Assembly (NCBI GenBank): GCA_002269645.1
Contig: NIVC01003153.1
Span: 52,346 to 116,345 of the forward strand
Reading direction: 5' to 3'
Length of the DNA stretch: 64,000 nt
Source: Macrostomum lignano
Taxonomy: Eukaryota
Positions 31,273 through 44,950 of this stretch are shown piece by piece. Position numbers and translations under genes: made by a program. Positions within the stretch are counted from its first letter, which is position 1. The number at the start of each line of letters is the position of its first letter. The notes below the pieces were generated by a model, which had not been told where the DNA came from, ran no database searches, and worked only from the letters and a program-made list of their open reading frames with translations.

Positions 31273-32857
31273 GGCATGAAACGTTATCAAAAACAACCCA
31301 AGTAAACGCACTTTTCTGGAGTGGAGAATGAGAGCAACTCAACAGCCATGCCACTCAGGCTTGCTTATATCCCCACTAATTAACTCGTCCCCCGTAGCTT
31401 TGGATCCTAAACTGTTTAGTAGAGTAAATTCTGTTCTCTTAACTATAGGAGGGGATAGTGAAGCTAAAAAATAACTGCAACAGAATTTGAGGCTTGCTTG
31501 CCTGAGATGGGGGTAGCATTGCAAGTCACGTGCCTGTAACACAACCTGCACAGGGGGATGAATGAACAGTATGAAGGGAGGAACGGGGAGAGATGCAATT
31601 GCAGATGTTTAATTTATCTAGCAGTTGGGCACCTGGAGAGTGACTTATCCGCTGCTATGATAAAAAAAATTAATTGCTGTGTTGACAGCCCCCCTTCCTG
31701 ATGCAGTGTTATTGTATCAAACTAAGCAATAGGGATAAGAAAGGATAAGAACTTTAAAAAAATTATGTTACGTTATTATGTTACGATAATGAGTCAATCA
31801 CATTTTGTATTTCTCTGCGGCACGTATGCGGGTATGCACGTATTGCCTTAGTTAAAGCCAAGACATTTAGACTTTGGTAAAAGTGACTTCAATTAGGCAG
31901 CCCATAGAGAAAGCTTCTGCCGGCAAGGCAACATGTCTATGGTAAACTCAAGGACCACTAGAAGTTGCCGTTTTGCCTGAAAGCGAACTTAAATACAAAT
32001 GAAGTTGTGATAGTGTACATGTTTTTAGTTGACTCTAACTTTTCATTTTTTCATTAATTACTTTGATTGTTGGAGTCCATGACGGGCTGGTGTGCCAAGA
32101 TTTCGGAAATATTGCCTTTATGATTCTGAGCTTCTGAGCTATATCCAGTTATATTATTCATCCATGGCTACAGAGGACTAAATTGGATGTCCGCAAGATT
32201 GAATCAACTAAAAGTTTTTTACCATGCCAAATTTGGGATTAGTTGTCTTTAGGGCGTGGGGCTTGGGAGAGAGAGAGAGAATATTCTCATCCGTGCTTGT
32301 CCAGCGTTACCTCACCTGGCCGTATTGCAGGAGTTTGACGTCATTGAATTTTATAGGGAAAAAGTTACAATGGCAAGTTAGATGCGCTGCTGCTGCATCG
32401 TCAAGTTTGGATGTTTATCTAGTGCTTATTTATATATTTTATTTCGTTAGGATGATTTTGGCCAAAAAAACCCGACAACGGAGCTTAGTTGTTTATGCAT
32501 CATCGGATATCGGATGAAATGAGGCAATGAGAAATATGACAGTTGCTTACGAGTAGAGTCTGTGTCTCAAGTACCAGGATCAGGTAAGCCGATTTATGGG
32601 GAAATTATTAATTATTTTCAACAGTCCATAGTGTTGTGCCACTTGCTTAAGATATCAAAGTAACAAATATTTAACTAAGAAAAGTAAAAGACAGCAACTG
32701 TTTACCAATGTTAGTACTCATATTTATAAATAAAAGGAAACTTGGGTGCACTTTGAGTCAGCTTCAGATAGAATAGTGTTCTTTTATCGATGTTTATCGG
32801 TCGGACATTGTTGGCGTCAGATTTATCTTCATCATGACGCTGACGCTGCTCAGCAAT

Positions 32858-33825
32858 TCAGCCACGAGAATAATAGTCTCCAGTCGTGCTGTTTAGGCTG
32901 GTCGATGGATAGGCAAACCTGAGCAGGAGGCACTGCTGCTCATTATGAATCACAGCCTGGCAATCAACATTGATCTCGCATTCGGCCAAGCAAAGAATGT
33001 CGTTTCTAGCAGTGACGGTCCAGTAAGTCGTATTGGCGGTGACTACTGTCTTAGCCGGTCTGTCGATCTTCGTGAACGTTTTGTTATCTGCAGAGTATTT
33101 GGCATTCTAGCATTTAGTGATTTATTCAGCTGTCAACAGTAGGAATGCCAAGCCATTTTCCGCCCGTCGAACTACCAAGGGGCGGGGGAGAATTCCCACC
33201 CCCAGACATTTTTTTAATTTTGTGTACCTGCATGCGTTGCTCCGTTCCGGCGTCAGGAGGGAGGAGAATCTCCCCTCTTGCTAGCTCTACTGTTAATGAA
33301 TTAGCATTTGATCTAGTTTGGCATTGTCGGCACAGGTGCGCTTAATGCGTTCAAAATTTACTGCAAATCTTGGTTGCTAAGGGCAATATGAATAGCTACC
33401 AGCTCGTATTATTGAAACTACTGCTCACAAGGATACTCGATAGCGTAGATGGAGTTTCTGTAGGGGCCTCCGCACTTCTGGGCCGAGTTGCCCGAGCACA
33501 CTCTGTTGCAGTCCGAGTCAGCGCTCGCTCCATTACGTCCGTAAGAGTTGTCGCAGAAACAATAAGCGCTTAGACCGACGCCAAAGTAGCGATAACCGCC
33601 GATTGAGCAGATGCCGCTACAGAGCTCGTGCGTCATATCGGTGTTGCTGACTACTCCAGAATCGGTAGTGCTGTAATCGCCAATGCTGGTTATTGTTGAT
33701 AGGCCCCTTAAGTCTCTGCTAGCACCTGCGTAGTCAATGTAGCAGCCTACGTAGCTGAGTCGAACAATTCTGCCAGTCGCGCAGGCGAGTAGAGCGCTCA
33801 AGATCACGCTGCAGAATGGCGTCAT
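32858..33825 (-). CDS. Secreted WSC-domain + PAN/apple-like protein, 2 exons (33825-33429, 33087-32858), ~208 aa
   Basis: Signal peptide MTPFCSVILSALLACATG; WSC YVGCY..MTHELCSGIC..GYRYFGV..CFCDN..CNRVCSGN..CGGPYRNSIY; phase-1 GTGAGC..CTGCAG intron; exon 2 ..ILCLAECEINVDCQAVIHNEQQCLL.. Confidence 0.82.
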
Positions 33826-34534
33826 TTTTGCCTTGGCCAAAGACGGAACTGAGTGCTGAAAACTGCCGCTTTGCTGCTTTGCTTCAACCCGCGCTTATTT
33901 TATTTTGTTATGACAACTGGGAACTGCTGTAAACTACTCCGCATTTTTTGTCTCATTGGATGGCTATAGATTATCGGACGGTAGTTGATATTACGCGCCC
34001 GCGCAAAGGAAATAGAGAAATGTCTATGGCTGTTTACTTTCTACTGACAAGTAGCAAAGGGAGAGCATAAATGGCAGAGCTCATTGTGATTGCTGTGAGT
34101 CTTATCAATATTAGCAGACAGACTATGCTAGCTGGCCACTATAAGAGACAGAGCAGCTCTGATTCAGGGCAAGGCCACATTCATTAGGAAACGGGGTAAG
34201 GGCCAACTCCCAAGGCTCAGAGAGTGTACATGCTTGATGAATAGAAAGTCAGGGCCGCTGTACACCCTGTGTGAGCGTGTGCCTGCGTACAGTATTGGCG
34301 CGCTTGCATGTGCTCAGAAGTCAGCGGGATGGGCTGAACTGCCTCAGCGCTGGTTGCCCGACGATTTCGCTGAATTGGAGAAGACGACGACTCAGTTGCT
34401 AAGGACGCCAGTCTCGTTGCTAACGAAGCAGCAACTGAAGTGGATTGTGAAAAATGGCCGTCAAGGAGAAGCAGCGGTTGCTAAGTGGCTGTCAAACAGG
34501 GTTGAACTGGGCGATGCTTGATCGACAGCTTTCT

Positions 34535-34585
34535 TGATTAATTAATCGATTGATTGATTGACTGATTGATTTATTGATTGTTTGG

Positions 34586-34618
<33 letters not shown>

Positions 34619-34649
34619 CGATCAATTGATCGATTTATTGATTGTTTGG

Positions 34650-34687
<38 letters not shown>

Positions 34688-34688
34688 A

Positions 34689-34743
<55 letters not shown>

Positions 34744-34744
34744 A

Positions 34745-34778
<34 letters not shown>

Positions 34779-34821
34779 TGATTGATTGACTGATTGATTA
34801 ATTGATTGTTTGATTGATTGG

Positions 34822-34886
<65 letters not shown>

Positions 34887-34940
34887 CTATTGATCGATTG
34901 ATTGATTGATTGGTTGATTGATTGATAAATTGATTGATAA

Positions 34941-34982
<42 letters not shown>

Positions 34983-35163
34983 CGATTGATTGATTGATTG
35001 GTTGATTGATTGATAAATTGATTGATAAATTGATTGATAAATTGATTGATCGATTGATCGATTGATTGATTGATTGGTTGATTGATTGATTGGTTGATTG
35101 ATTGATTGACTGATTAATTAATTGATGCATTGATTGATTGACTGATTGATTGATTGATTGACA
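34535..35163. repeat. (GATT)n microsatellite
   Basis: Direct. Confidence 0.95.
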
Positions 35164-35248
35164 GTAGAGACAGCTGATTAGTGAATGGTGGCCTTTTGTT
35201 TTATGCGCTCGAAGTTAAATGAATGAGCTGACTGGATTGCCAATTAGA

Positions 35249-35303
<55 letters not shown>

Positions 35304-35404
35304 CACACACACACACACACAGACAGACAGACAGACAGACAGAAAGACAGACAGACAGACAGGCAGGCAGGCAGACAGACAGGCAGGCAGGCAGGCAGGC
35401 AGGC

Positions 35405-35485
<81 letters not shown>

Positions 35486-35500
35486 CACACACACACACAC

Positions 35501-35557
<57 letters not shown>

Positions 35558-35611
35558 AAGACAGACAGACAGACAGGCAGGCAGGCAGACAGACAGACAG
35601 ACAGACAGACA

Positions 35612-35683
<72 letters not shown>

Positions 35684-35686
35684 CAC

Positions 35687-35755
<69 letters not shown>

Positions 35756-35798
35756 AAGACAGAGACAGACAGACAGACAGACAGACAGAGAGACAGAA

Positions 35799-35830
<32 letters not shown>

Positions 35831-35831
35831 C

Positions 35832-35879
<48 letters not shown>

Positions 35880-35882
35880 GGC

Positions 35883-35921
<39 letters not shown>

Positions 35922-35950
35922 AAGACAGACAGACAGACAGGCAGGCAGGC

Positions 35951-35987
<37 letters not shown>

Positions 35988-36070
35988 CACAGACACATAC
36001 ACACAGACAGACACACAGACAGACACACAGACACATACACACAGACAGACACACAGACAGACAGACAGAC
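35249..36070. repeat. (GACA)n/(GGCA)n/(CA)n microsatellite
   Basis: Direct. Confidence 0.95.
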
Positions 36071-36071
36071 T

Positions 36072-36456
36072 TTGGTGCGAGTGAATCAGGTGAGAGTGAA
36101 TCGGGTGAGAGTGAATAGGGTGAGAGTGAATCGGGTGCGAGCGAATAGGCTGAGAGTGAATCGGGTGAGAGTGAATCGGGTGCGAGCGAATAGGCTGAGA
36201 GTGAATCGGGTGAGAGTGAATAGGGTGAGAGTGAATCGGGTGAGAGTGAATAGGCTGAGAGTGAATCGGGTGCGAGTGAATCGGGTGCGAGCGAATAGGC
36301 TGAGAGTGAATTGGGTGAGAGTGAATAGGCTGAGAGTGAATCGGGTGCGAGTGAATCTATAGGCTGAGAGTGAATCGGGTGAGAGTGAATCCATAGGCTG
36401 AGAGTGAATCGGGTGAGAGTGAATAGGCTGAGAGTGAATCGGGTGAGAGTGAATCG
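36072..36456. repeat. 15-bp minisatellite (GGGTGAGAGTGAATC variants)
   Basis: Direct. Confidence 0.9.
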
Positions 36457-37155
36457 GAGTAGAGTACAAATATGTGTGAAATGTGTGGCTGGTGAGTATT
36501 TCTAATCATATAGTTATTAGTAAATATAAAGAGGTGCCTACTTCAAAGCAGCCAATCCGTCCCCAACATCTCGTCAAAGTTTCTCGTCCCCAGGAGTAAA
36601 CAAAAATATGAAGTGCACGCATTTGATTGATGCAGCATCAAAGAGGTCAAATAACTACAGAAGCCGGTGAGCAATCCAGCCAAAGAAGACCGATCAGAGA
36701 GCTCTCGGAGACTGAGAGAAATCAGTTTGTAGAGATGCAATCGATGGGAGCTCGAGTTGGAGCAACTAGCGGGAAAATCGATTCACTCACTTGTCTCGTA
36801 CAAGCAGGTCTGCTGGTGAACTGCATGCTAAAGCAGATGATAGGTGAAATTACACTGTAATGGATCCCGCTAGGGTCTGTCTTTTTTGCTTTCATCCGCC
36901 AGCTACTAGAAGAGGCGCTTTCCCAATGCCGCTCTCACGCCTCGCTGATCCCTTTGCCCTACCCCAGTTTCCTTTCCCCCCTTTTTTCGATTCTCCATCG
37001 ACTCACCTTTATCTGCCGCCTCCTGCCCGTCCTCTCTGCTGCTCCTGCTCCGCCTCACTTCCTGCTTTGATTTGAGTTCGCAGCTTTCCTGCCTGCTTTC
37101 TGTGTCTAATTCTTGAATTCTAAAACTGCTACCCCATGATGCTCTGCTCGAGTTC

Positions 37156-37474
37156 ATCTCAACTCCCTGCATCTCAACTCCCTGCATCTCAACTCCCTGC
37201 ATCTCAACTCCCTGCATCTCAACTCCCTGCATCTCAACTCCCTGCATCTCAACTCCCTGCATCTCAACTCCCTGCATCTCAACTCCCTGCATCTCAACTC
37301 CCTGCATCTCAACTCCCTGCATCTCAACTCCCTGCATCTCAACTCCCTGCATCTCAACTCCCTGCATCTCAACTCCCTGCATCTCAACTCCCTGCATCTC
37401 AACTCCCTGCATCTCAACTCCCTGCATCTCAACTCCCTGCATCTCAACTCCCTGCATCTCAACTCCCTGCATCT
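37156..37474. repeat. Perfect 15-bp minisatellite ATCTCAACTCCCTGC x21
   Basis: Direct. Confidence 0.95.
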
Positions 37475-37855
37475 ATGATCCCTTCCCTTTCTACCCAGCC
37501 TATCAAACACCTCAAATCCCCCTCACTCTCTGCCACTCCAAAATATTCTCCCCAAAATTTTTCCAACTCTCGTGTGATTTCCGGAACGGAAATCCCATCT
37601 TTCTGCGTTAGCCGTCCCTGGGCCGTCCCTATTTTTCATTAATTTCCTTTTACCCACTCCCCTCAGCCCTTAGCCCTTGCTTGGCAATCAGGACTGCCTT
37701 TGACTCCCACAGCACATACTATTAGCGTTGCGCTCTGGCAGCGCCGGATTACATCATCAGCCATCAGCCTCTCCCCATCGGCCGAGGTGCCGCGAAATGC
37801 AATATTCACCAACCCCATGCATCTCTTCTCTTTCTTCCACTTCGCAGTTCTATAG

Positions 37856-38137
37856 CCAATGCCCGATACAGAAGGGCCAAAGGGGTCAGCTGACCTTCCC
37901 TGAGAAAACCATGGGGGTCATAAGCAGAACTACCCAATGCCGGATACAGGAGGGTCAAAGGGGTCAGCTGACTTTCCCTGAGAAAACCATGGGGGTCATA
38001 AGCAGAACTACCCAATGCCGGATACAGGAGGGTCAAAGGGGTCAGCTGACTTTCCCTGAGAAAACCATGGGGGTCATAAGCAGAACTACCCAATGCCGGA
38101 TACAGGAGGGTCAAAGGGGTCAGCTGACTTTCCCCTA
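37856..38137. repeat. 78-bp tandem repeat, ~3.6 copies
   Basis: CCCAATGCCGGATACAGG at 37933, 38011, 38089. Confidence 0.9.
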
Positions 38138-38803
38138 AGAAAATCATGGGGGACCAATGGGGGAATGAAGGACCAATCCTGAGCATTTATATTTAGTCAA
38201 TACTCAGGGGAGAATATTCCCTTCACAGCTAGTAGGACTCAATGAGTCATTTTTAGGACCTCAGAGGCTGGGTAGGGGGTTGATGAAGCAGAAGTGATGG
38301 CAGGCTTGGGGGTGGGCAGAGCAGAGCTTGTTGCTCCCCAGGGACTCAAAATCTGGGTTGTCGATTTGGCGCCGCGGCTGTCCATCTTCTTTTACGAGCC
38401 CAGTAGCTGTCGGTGGTGCCTCAGTCAAGAGCTGCCATAGTTACTTGCAGTCTGAGAGCTCATTGGCTCAAAGGTTTAGGGGGGACCCTCTCTGAGTCAA
38501 CTCCCAGAGCTAACTAGGTAGAGCATTTCCTGACTAATCAGACATCTTATTGATTTTAGAAAACGAATTGTAGAAACATTACTGATAAAAAATCAAATCA
38601 TTTTTGTGTGCAGGACACTAGTTTTATTAATCAGACTGTCCGTCTAAGTTATCGATTTTACTGTGATATTTGATCAATGTTTTTCATAGGTTGAGTTGAT
38701 TGACCAAAAACAGTGCAAGTTTAATATGCTGAGTTTCTGGGGGGGAGGTTGCCTGAAGAAATAGACAAGTCTGATGATGCTGGGAAGCTGCGGCATACCA
38801 GGG

Positions 38804-38917
38804 GGCGCCAAGGTTCGGGTTGTGGCGCCAGGTTCGGGTTGTGGCGCAAGGTTCGGGTTGTGGCGCCAAGGTTCGGGTTGTGGCGCCAAGGTTCGGGTTG
38901 TGGCGCCAAGGTTCGGG
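38804..38917. repeat. 20-bp repeat GGCGCCAAGGTTCGGGTTGT
   Basis: Direct. Confidence 0.85.
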
Positions 38918-39128
38918 ACGCCGGGTCGCCGGAGTTTAGGAGTTTAGGGGGGTTTGGGTCGTGGGGGATTGGAGGCGCCGGGGTTTGGGGCGCCGGAGAT
39001 TGGGGCGCTGGGGTTCTCAATGCCACAGAGTTAAAAAAAAGCACAAATTAAAATTTCACAAACAACCCCGCTAATCAGACAGATAAAATCCGTTAAAAAG
39101 GCATAACAAGTGACGCAGCCCCGTCATC

Positions 39129-40282
39129 TCAGATGATCTCCGTCTGCTCCCAGTCGTCGGGTACAATCGGTTGGAGCTGCTCTCGCTGTCTCCGCGCCGG
39201 CGCCTGTCGAAGAATCGACCGAGTCAGGAAGCGCCGGAATCCGGCGTCGGACAGGCAGAGGGCGCAGAAGTTGACGGTGGCGGCGCTGAGCGGCACCAGC
39301 GCGTACTCGGTGGCGTACTGAGCCACCGTGAGCCGGCCGATGCGGGCCCAGTGCGAGCGAAACGCCGGATCGGCTTCGTCGTACAGACCGTTGGCCAGGC
39401 GGACCTTCAGCCTGTCGGCGTGGGCGGTCATGAACAGGGTGTACACCACGGGAGCTGGCGCGGTCAGCACCAGGTAGGCGAAGGCGAGGCCCAACTGGCC
39501 GAAAGCCCGGCTCAGCTGACTGCCGGCCAATGACATCGAGTCGGTCGTGTCGGAATCGGCCTCCTGATGCTGCTGAGGATGGCGCAGCTGCTGCTGCTGG
39601 AGCTCCTCGGCCTGGCACTGGTGCAGGCTCTGGTAGGCGCCTTTCTTGAACAGCAGCCAGCAGGTGGCGAGGCTCAGCAGGCAGACCAGGCTGTAGGGCA
39701 GCAAACTTCTTACCAGGGCGTTGAGCAACGGCTTCACCTGAGTGACGTAGGCCAGGTTGGCAGCGAAGTTGTGCAGCCGTACGTAGTGCACGCACTGCCT
39801 GCCGACTGTTGACTTGGCGGGGGCCGCCGCCTCGTCACCGATGATGAGCATGCAGTTGAAGATGCAGGCAAAGCAGAACGCGCACAGGGCCATGATTGAC
39901 AGCTTGCGTCTGGGCAGCTCTTTGTGTGCCTGCTGCCCCTGCGCCTGCTGCTGTGGGTCCGGGTGTCGGCGGAACAACGAGTACACGGCCAGGAAGCGCT
40001 CGACGCTAAGGATCACTACGATGAAAGCTGACGACTCCACGGCTAGGTTGAGCAGGTAGGCTTGGAATTTGCACCACAGATCGGACCCGGGTCCCGGCTT
40101 CAAGTCCTGGTCGTGCTCCATGTAGCGATCGGTGAACAGCACCAGACAGGAGGTCGCCAGGATCAGACTGTCGAAGCACGCTAGCAGGCCGATGAGCAGG
40201 TTGCGGCCCACCTGGCGGGCCGGGCGGCTGCGTGCGAAATGAGCGATGATCAGGCCGTTGAGGGCCAGCCCAAGCACGACAA
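39129..40282 (-). CDS. GPCR 7TM exon
   Basis: Seven hydrophobic segments, ERF motif, extracellular Cys pair. Confidence 0.9.
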
Positions 40283-43200
40283 CTGCCGGCAGCGCGACCT
40301 TCGGGTTCGGGCAGGTGGGGATTGGCGACATGGTCTATCCGTCATTTCATGGTCTATCCGTCTCATCTCATGGTCTATCCGTCTCATCTCATGGTCTATC
40401 CGTCTCATCTCATGGTCTATCCGTCATCTCATGGTCCATCCGTCATCTCATGGTCTATCCGTCATCTCATGGTCTATCCGTCATCTCATGGTCTATCCGT
40501 CTCATCTCATGGTCTATCCGTCATCTCATGGTCTATCCGTCTCATCTCATGGTCTATCCGTCTCATCTCATGGTCTATCCGTCATCTCATGGTCCATCCG
40601 TCTCATCTCATGGTCTATCCGTCTCATCTCATGGTCTATCCGTCTCATCTCATGGTCTATCCGTCTCATCTCATGGTCTATCCGTCATCTCATGGTCCAT
40701 CCGTCTCATCTCATGGTCTATCCGTCTCATCTCATGGTCTATCCGTCTCATCTCATGGTCTATCCGTCTCATCTCATGGTCTATCCGTCTCATCTCATGG
40801 TCTATCCGTCATCTCATGGTCCATCCGTCATCTCATGGTCTATCCGTCATCTCATGGTCTATCCGTCATCTCATGGTCTATCCGTCTCATCTCATGGTCT
40901 ATCCGTCTCATCTCATGGTCTATCCGTCTCATCTCATGGTCTATCCGTCATCTCATGGTCTATCTCATGGTCCATCCGTCATATCATGGTCTATCCGTCT
41001 CATCTCATGGTCTATCCGTCATCTCATGGTCTATCCGTCATCTCATGGTCTATCCGTCTCATCTCATGGTCTATCCGTCTCATCTCATGGTCTATCCGTC
41101 ATCTCATGGTCTATCCGTCATCTCATTGTCTATCCGTCTCATCTCATGGTCTATCCGTCATCTCATGGTCTATCCGTCTCATCTCATGGTCTATCCGTCT
41201 CATCTCATGGTCTACCCGTCTCATCTCATGGTCTATCCGTCATCTCATGGTCTACCCGTCTCATCTCATGGTCTATCCGTCATCTCATGGTCTATCCGTC
41301 ATCTCATTGTCTATCCGTCTCATCTCATGGTCTATCCGTCATCTCATGGTCTATCCGTCTCATCTCATGGTCTATCCGTCTCATCTCATGGTCTACCCGT
41401 CTCATCTCATGGTCTATCCGTCATCTCATGGTCTACCCGTCTCATCTCATGGTCTATCCGTCATCTCATGGTCTATCAGCCGTCCTATAGTCAGGGCTAT
41501 AAATGAGCGCACCCACAGGAGATTGGCAAACCTTAGAAACGGCCTTGGCTCTCAGAATGGCAGGTACCCTATTCGAATACTGCTGAAACGCTGAGTACTC
41601 CCTCCAGATTTCCAGCCTCAAGCTGCGCCACAGAGTGTCGAGCTCCGAGAAGGCGGTGGCTCTCTTCGAGCGAACCGTTTTGCACGAGTCCAGCAGCTGC
41701 TGCAGCTCTGCCATCTCCCGTGGTTCAAGGTGCAACTCCACGCTCTTGTCGACATCCTCGCGAATCACTCGACAGTAGAAGTCGTTCAGTACGGCCGTCT
41801 GGAACTCCGTCAGGTGAGCAATTCTGGCTTTCGCCTGCTTTTGCAGACTGCGCAGGTACAGCAGCACGTGACCCAGCACCTGCCTACTGACCCAGGCCGC
41901 TGCTTCCGTCACGTTTGATTGGGAAAAATTCCCAACTGGAATTGGGGGGAGGCGAGGCTCTGGCGTGTCATTCAGAATGCATTCGGGTATTTCATTATCT
42001 AAAACTTTAAGCAAAGATCTATTTATACACCATTACAGATCTGTAGATACACCATTACGATCTATAGATACACCATTACAGATCTGTAGATACACCATTA
42101 CAGATCTGTAGATACACCATTACAGATCTGTAGATACACCATTGCAGATCTATAGATACACCATTACAGATCTATAGATACACCATTACAGATCTATAGA
42201 TACACCATTACAGATCTATAGATACACCATTACAGATCTATAGATACACCATTGCAGATCTATAGATACACCATTACAGATCTATAGATACACCATTACA
42301 GATCTATAGATATACCATTACAGATCTATAGATATGCCTATATAGATCCATATTGATGCCATTGCTGATCTATTGAGATTCTATTACAGATCTATATTGA
42401 TGCCATTGCTGATCTATTGAGATTCTATTACAGATCTATAGGCATGCCATTGCTGATCTATAGATATGCAATTACAGATTAGTTCACAAGCCATAAAAAA
42501 TCTACTGAAGTTCGACCGATGATCCACAGGCATTAAAAAACAGAACCTCTCAAACTCCAGCGCGCTCACCGGAAGTTCGGCATTCCAACGGCGTCCCAGT
42601 TCCGGTCTTGGCCGCCATTCTGGGCATCCGATCCCAAGCCAACTTAGAAAGTTCCGTATAGTTGGTTACTATGGCAACCAAACTGTCCGGATTTGGCCGG
42701 CTCGGCCAGGCGTGCAGAATGGCGTCAATTTGGCCCACGGTGGCCGCCACAATCCGTCTTGCGGAGTCCAGCAGCCTCCGAGCTGCATCGGCCAACTCGC
42801 GCCAAGTTCCGCTGCTGCACCCGGCGCCAGCCAATCCGGTTAGCAACCGGTATCTACCACCGGTAGTTGACAGGTAACCTGGATATCCGGTAGCCTGTTG
42901 GCCGGCAGAATCTCGCTTGGCCATGAATTCAAGAAACTCGTCCACCACCGGTTGAAGCTGAGAATGGCGGTGCAGCAGCTCGGCCCGGAGCCGCGGTCGG
43001 ACGGTCAGGTGTCGATAGACCCGGTGGTAGAGCTCCAGGTCCTCCAGGTAGGCCACCAGGTTGTCCAGGGCCTCCTCCCAGTTCCAGCGGCTGTAGTAGG
43101 ACGAACCGTCGTACTGGAAGGTGCCACCGAACCTGGCCACGAGGCGCCAGTTGTTGGCGAAGAACTGCAGAAATCCGCTGTACTTCACCGAGGCGAAGGC

Positions 43201-43368
43201 CCACTCGTGGCGTCGGTATTGAAAATTCAGCGCGACAACTTGGTAGGCTTCTAGGAGAATGCTCTGGTTGCTGCTTGGCGTTGCTGACGGCGGGGCAGCA
43301 GTGCCGTTGCCCGGCTGACACAGAGCTCCCGGCAGCATCAGCAGGGCTAATAACAGCGGTCCAGGCAT
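39129..43368 (-). CDS. Class A (rhodopsin-like, peptide/FMRFamide-receptor-like) GPCR with signal peptide and long N-terminal ectodomain, 3 exons (43368-42570, 41998-41513, 40282-39129), ~812 aa
   Basis: Both introns phase 1 (GTGAGC..TTTTAG; GTGCGC..GGCAG). Splicing builds TM1 SPVVVVLGLALNGLII; TM2 LLACFDSL; LWCKFQAYL; TM3 SVERFLAV; TM7 VNFCALCLSDAGFR. Confidence 0.75.
40328..41477. repeat. 19/21-bp minisatellite ((CT)CATCTCATGGTCTATCCGT), GPCR intron 2
   Basis: Direct; two interleaved length variants. Confidence 0.95.
41513..41998 (-). CDS. GPCR ectodomain exon 2 (predicted)
   Basis: Open 161-codon frame between repeat-filled introns, phase-compatible splice sites. Confidence 0.7.
42030..42480. 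repeat. 22-bp minisatellite (TACAGATCTATAGATACACCAT), degenerating rightwards, GPCR intron 1
   Basis: Direct. Confidence 0.9.
42570..43368 (-). CDS. GPCR exon 1 with signal peptide (predicted)
   Basis: MPGPLLLALLMLPGALC signal peptide; N-glycosylation sequons; donor GTGAGC 42569-64. Confidence 0.72.
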
Positions 43369-44215
43369 GCTGAGCAGTCAGCTGTCAAAGTCCGCTAAGT
43401 AAGATGGCGGAGGCTGAGCCCAGCACTCAGCTCCGTTTGCTTTTATCTTGTCCTCTTTTCTGAGGAGGGCCAACTCACCTCCCAGCCGCTCAGCGAATCC
43501 TCACAATCCCCATCCCATCCTGCATGGCAGTTCGTCCCTCAGCCGCCATGGATTACTAACCCCAGGTGTCCGGTGAGGAAGTTTCCTCATTTTGCTAGAA
43601 GCGAAATAAATAATTCAGAAAGTTGAAAGTCAATAAACTGAGCACCCGAGAGTCCAGATATTTCACCTTTCCTGTTGAACTAAGTCGCCAATAGTCTGCC
43701 CGATGCACCTTCAAAACTATTGCGGAGTGTTCACTATTTTTAGATCCGTTTTCAACCTCTCCAGACTCTCCAGCACTCCATGGCTCGCGAGTCGCTTCCT
43801 CATCTTCCCCCAATCGTCCCCTCTCAGATGGCCCCCTAATGTGAGCAGTTCCTCCGACCGTCTCCGCAGCTTCTTTTCAGGCTGCTGCTTTTGCTTTTGC
43901 TCTTCCCTTCAGTTTCTTTTTCTGTTTGCAGCCAGCAGCCGCCCAGCCAGCCCAGGAGGCGCCGCCCTCCAGCCTCTGAGACTGCATCACAAGAGGAGAA
44001 GCCAAATTCAGGGCTGGGTGTGGAATCTTCAGCTTGGTTGCCTGATGATGGCCCGGATGAGGGAGCGGGGGATGCTGGGGCGTCTTTTAATTGCCGTTCT
44101 TATTTATTTGCCTGTCCGCTTTCTTCAGACCGGCTTTCTGGCCGGATTTGGGCGTTGTTTGGAAATTTCTGACTGCTGAATACTGGAGTAAGGCTGGCTG
44201 GGACAGAAATAAATT

Positions 44216-44950
44216 AAGACAGACACTAAGACAGGCACTAGGACAGACACTAGGACAGGCACTAGGACAGACACTAGGACAGATACTAAGACAGGCACTA
44301 GGACAGGCACTAGGACAGGCACTAGGACAGGCACTAGGACAGGCACGAAGACAGGCACTAGGACAGACACTAGAACAGGCACTAAGACAGACACTAGGAC
44401 AGGCACGAAGACAGGCACTAGGACAGACACTAGAACAGGCACCAAGACAGACACTAGGACAGGCACCAAGACAGACACTAAGACAGGCACCAAGACAGGC
44501 ACTAGGACAGACACTAGAACAGGCACCAAGACAGACACTAGGACAGGCACCAAGACAGACACTAAGACAGGCACGAAGACAGACACTAGGACAGACACTA
44601 AGACAGGCACGAAGACAGGCACTAGGACAGACACTAGAACAGGCACCAAGACAGACACTAGGACAGACACTAGGACAGGCACCAAGACAGACACTAAGAC
44701 AGACACTAAGACAGACACTAAGACAGACACTAAGACAGACACTAAGACAGACACTAAGACAGACACTAAGACAGACACTAAGACAGACACTAAGACAGAC
44801 ACTAAGACAGACACTAAGACAGACACTAAGACAGACAGACACTAAGACAGGCACTAGGACAGACACTAGAACAGGCACCAAGACAGACACTAGGACAGGC
44901 ACTAGGACAGACACTAAGACAGACACTAAGACAGACACTAAGACAGACAC
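44216..44950. repeat. 12-bp minisatellite (ACAGACACTAAG/ACAGGCACTAGG)
   Basis: Direct. Confidence 0.92.

Noticed and set aside
34234-34521. 95-aa ORF with coding-like composition
   Set aside because: No recognisable homology or partner exons; it could be an orphan exon but is unsupported.
40283-40331. ATG 40331 as start of a single-exon 400-aa GPCR
   Set aside because: The ATG is the last minisatellite unit, and a phase-matched acceptor at 40283 links to upstream exons. It is kept only as the alternative model.
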